Shown: one piece after another, positions 60,266 through 64,000 of the stretch
How the letters are laid out: every line of letters begins with the position of its first letter
Numbering within the stretch: the first letter of the stretch is position 1
Notes under the pieces: generated by a model
What the model was told of the DNA's origin: nothing
Seen by the model: the letters and a program-made list of their open reading frames with translations, nothing else
The model's database searches: none
Position numbers and translations under genes: made by a program
DNA from: Lama guanicoe
Lineage: Eukaryota
DNA: 64,000 nucleotides
Assembly (NCBI GenBank): GCA_013239625.1
Contig: MU053881.1
Location: 7,835,957-7,899,956 of the forward strand
Direction: 5' to 3'

Positions 60266-61441
60266 AAATAAGAATGGAATGGAGTAGAAGTAAATAAAAT
60301 GGTATATGTCCACTATGGTCCGTCTTCCCGTTCTGAGATACGCTGCCACCCTATGCAGGCATCTGCTCACCATCCTTGGCCCTTTTTCACAGCTCACCTC
60401 CTGTGCCCTGTGGGTCAACCAGAACCCATGACCTGACCAGCCCTGCCCAACTCTGAATGTCTTGTCTGAGCTCCTCAGCGATTCCCCTGGGACATGCTTT
60501 CCCTAAGCTGTCAGCCTTGGGCAGTGTGATTTCCAGAAAGTCCTCAGCCCAGCTCATGCCACCTGTGAGCAGACTCTAAAGCCGCCCACAGCCCTGAGTG
60601 ACAGCTAATTATCAGGCCAGCCCAGCCTCAGCGCAAGGCTTTGCGCACGTCTGCTCCGCATTGTGGGCAGAAGGAGAATCGGGCAGGGAGCAGCGTCAAG
60701 GAAGCCACAGGTCCCGTCAAGCCTGCCCCCCTTGTCATTTCCCTTTTGTCTCCCTGGAAACTAATCCCATCCCTCTTGACGACTGCGCAGCGAGGCTGCT
60801 TGCTCCAGTGATTGTCAAGGTAGCTTATCCCCTCGTTAATTAACTATTCAGAAAAATGCTGTACGACACTGTGCCGTTTGGCTTCCAGCTTGTTAACACA
60901 GGGGACTCCAGAGGAACACCGTGACCCGGCCCAGGGCTCAGAGTTGGCTGAGAGAGGAAAGAGGGATGGAAGGGGAGCTTCCCCCACCATGGTTCACCAC
61001 CACTTTTGGGGACCACAGGATGGATAGGGGGGAAGAGGGGGACCAAAGCTGCCATTGGGATGCTGTGTTTTCTGCCACCTGAAGCAGAGGGCTTCCCTTG
61101 CAGGGCCTCGGGTGATGGGGGCTGGGTTACAGGGCACAGAGATCTGCAGTACCGAGTCTGTCCAGGTTGCTAGAAATACGGGAATATGTTAACCTCTTCA
61201 TTTGGGCAATATTGTCCTAAGTAAGAGATCAACGATCAGATGTGGCTTGAACCTAAATTTAAGTCAATAATTTGTCATCCATCATTTGCCAGTCACTGTG
61301 CTGAGAACTGTGGAAATAACCCTCAAGTCCTGTCTAGTAGGACAGATAAGACAGTGGAAGAGGCTGCTTTTCAGTGCAAAGGGACAGTGGGCCATGGGGG
61401 TGAGCAGGGGGTGTTGTTATAGGAACACAACGGAGGGGCGC

Positions 61442-61897
61442 TGTGTTAGTTTCCCATAGCTGCTGCAACACATGACCATAAACTTACAGGTTAAAGCAGT
61501 GGAAATGCGTTCTCTCACAGTTCTGGAGGCCAGAAGTCTGAAATCAGCGTGTCTGTAGCATGACCTTCCAGGAGAGAGTCTTGTTCCTTGCCTCTTCCAG
61601 CTTCTGGTGGCTGTCTGCATTCCTTGGCTTGTGGCTGCATCATTTCCATCTCTGCCTCCCTCTTGTTTTCTCATCACCTTCTGTGTGTCTGTCTTCTTCT
61701 GTTTCTCTCTTATAAGGACACTGAAGATGGCTTTTAGGGACCATCTGGAAAATCCAGGATAAGCTCCTGTAAAGATCCTTAACTTAATCACATGTTTAAA
61801 AAAATATAAGGTGAGATTGTCATATAAAGCAATATTCAGGGGTTCTGGGGATTAGGGAATGAGTGTATTTGGGGGGAGCATTTTTCAGCCTACCACA
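61442..61897 (-). mobile_element. MLT1C-like MaLR solo LTR
   Basis: tgtgttagtttcccatagctgctg...ctctcacagttctggaggccagaagtctgaaatca...ttcagcctaccaca. Confidence 0.92.
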
Positions 61898-61914
61898 CCC
61901 CCTAATCCAGCCGT

Positions 61915-62375
61915 GGATGGGGGCAAGACCACTGACCCCAGGCCTGTGTGCCTTCAGACCCATTCCCCACCCTCCTCTGCTCTGTGTCTTGAGGGGGGCC
62001 AACCCCTGGAAGCTGCGGTTCCCATGTCAGCTGGCTTCCATCTGACTCCTGCCAAGGAGAGCCATTCGCGGGAGATGTGGGGGAGCAGACTGGAAGGGAG
62101 AAGCCAGGATATTTCTTCTTCTTTGCCTAACAGCCTCTCTGGTAGTGATTATCTCCTTGGTGCTTGCACCTCCTGCCAGATGGGTCCCTGGGCTCCGGTA
62201 ACATCACCTGTTCCCATTGTGCTTCCCTCCTAGGCTTGGGAACAGCTTCCGCTGTTGCTATGGGGATAGCGCAGCATCCTCTGTTGGGCTCTCAGCTCCT
62301 CTGTCACCTGTACAACCAATTCCCTTGCATTAAATTCCCTCTGTAGGAAATACTTAAGGTAATTTCAGTGAATAC
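61915..62375 (+). mobile_element. LTR33-like ERVL LTR
   Basis: cagctggcttcc...gggagaagccaggatatttct...aaccaattcccttgcattaaattccctctg. Confidence 0.7.
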
Positions 62376-62394
62376 TCTAAGATGTGGACTGTTG

Positions 62395-62870
62395 TGTCAA
62401 GAGCTTCAGTGGTGAGCCAGCCAGCCAGATCCTGCCTCTTCGGAGTCCTCAGGTGAACAGGAAAGATAGACAGTAATCAACTCACCACCCAAAGAAATAT
62501 ATGATGACAAACAATGGTCAGTGGACGAAGGGGAAGTCAGAGAGCTTTAGAAAAAGATGAAGAGGAGACACCCAATCGAGGATGGAGGGTCACGTTTGAG
62601 CGGAGATCTGAGAGCAGTTAGGTGACCCAACTAACCTGAGACATTCCAGGGAGCGTGTGAAGCATACACAGGAGGGAGCTCTCCAGGGTCTGAAAGGAGG
62701 TCACCATGACCAAGTGAAGGGCTTCAGGAGGAGGGCAGAAGGGGTAAGGTGGTGGCAGATGGTGCAGGGTCTTGTGGGATTTGGGTTTGGGAAAAGGAGT
62801 CAGTGGTGTTGTTTCCTTGGAGCAGAAGGGACTACAGTTTGGGCTAGTAGCTCCCTAAGGTAGGTCTTAG
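62395..62870 (-). mobile_element. L2 fragment
   Basis: tcctgcctcttcggagtc...tttgagcggagatctga...gcagatggtgcagggtcttgtggg. Confidence 0.65.
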
Positions 62871-63149
62871 CTGAGCCACAGGAGGTCAGGGGCAGAAGCC
62901 CCCTGGCTCCCCTAGTCCTGCTGGCGGGGTTTGAGCGGACATTTTTCTTCTCGAGTAATGAGGTAGCACATACTGGACACAGAGGCCATATGAGAGAACC
63001 TCAGAATGCAGGCACCAGGAAGAAGTTTCTAGAAGTTTCCAGCCACAGAGGGGCCTGCCCTTGAACTCACTGATAGATAGCCAGAGTGCAGGATGGAGCG
63101 GATTCTGGCTGTGGCTGGGAAAGGGGTCCTAAGGTTCTTTAGCACTTGT

Positions 63150-63330
63150 GTGCAGGCCGGGAGTCTGGGGCTGGCTGCCTGAGAATCCAAGGCACGTTTG
63201 CTCAAAACCGAGGTTCCCTGGCCTCACCTCTGGGGATTCAGATTCAGAATTTCTGAGGAAGGGCCTGGAATCTGTACTCTTGAAAGCTCCCTGGGGATTC
63301 TTATGCACAGCCAGGTTTAGCAGCCAGCGC
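63150..63330. mobile_element. MER5-family MITE (decayed)
   Basis: ctggggattcagattcag...gggcctggaatctgtactcttgaaagctccctggggattcttatgcacagccaggtttag. Confidence 0.75.
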
Positions 63331-64000
63331 TCACAGGCTGACTCTCAGATGGAACCCTGCCCCAGGTCTTGTTTGAGGTGTACCAGTCACTCCCTCCACA
63401 CTCCTCACTCCTGGGATGACTGTAGTTACCTGCTTCGGAAATGCTGGTTCTATGCTGTGAGTCTCTCCAGGTTGGCTGTCCCAGTGCCCATGGTATTTGT
63501 TGCTACTGTTGCTGTGGTGGTGGTGGCAGAGGATGGCTATTTTAAGAAAAAAACATTGAAAGAAGAGTAGGGGACAGTGTGGATCTCAGCATTTTGCAAA
63601 CTCCTTGCTGGACCCTTTGTCATGTGTTGTATCTTTCAAAACTTCTAAAGCACCATATACTGCCTAGCTAAGATGAGACCAGCTGAGGAAGAGTGACAGG
63701 CTTCTCTCAGTGCCAGACGGAACCCCCCATCCCACACTAGAGGAGGGATGGCTGCTTCGTTCCCACCTATCTAAAATCGTTGTCCTTTGTTTCCCACTTT
63801 AGAGAACCTGGGGGCACATCTGCCTTGAAAACAGCAGGAGGGACCATCTGCCATGCAGAGAAACATGGATACTGGCGTCTGGGGGCTCTCCTGCCCCCCT
63901 GCCTTTGATGTCCCACTTTCTTGGAAGCCAGGGAAGTCCCCACTCATAAGGCCTGGAAAAACAGAACAGTAGGAGAATAAAGAGAAAGGGGAGGGACTGG

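Noticed and set aside
1..64000. CRISPR arrays, operons or prokaryotic systems
   Set aside because: The sequence is clearly mammalian and shows no regularly spaced repeat-spacer array.

Overview
This is mammalian non-coding DNA, either intergenic or deep intronic. I find no protein-coding exon, tRNA, rRNA or snRNA that I can support. The ORF track is chance ORFs plus decayed L1 ORF1/ORF2 peptides. Much of the window is fossil repeats: MIR, L2, old L1M, MLT1/MLT2/LTR16/LTR33-type LTRs and hAT MITEs (MER5A, MER58A, MER81). The two youngest L1 3' ends look cetartiodactyl, and probably camelid. That is from recall of the consensus, and I saw no Bov-tA, PRE1, CHR2, Alu or B1 SINEs. Repeat family names come from memory, not from a search, and old-repeat boundaries are approximate. 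Several repeat-free, TAAT-dense blocks look like conserved developmental enhancers. The best finding is at 35476-36178: a class I ERV 3' fragment with the order post-env tail, PPT, U3-R. It has no U5 and ends in a poly(A) tail with a 10-bp TSD. This is the structure of an ERV mRNA retroposed by L1 machinery, like SINE-R or HERV-W processed pseudogenes. A separate L1 insertion lies 14 bp downstream of it. Other highlights are a probable ~95-bp micro-inversion of an MLT2 3' end at ~50.2 kb and a 17-bp-stem hairpin that covers a consensus splice donor at 21.8 kb.
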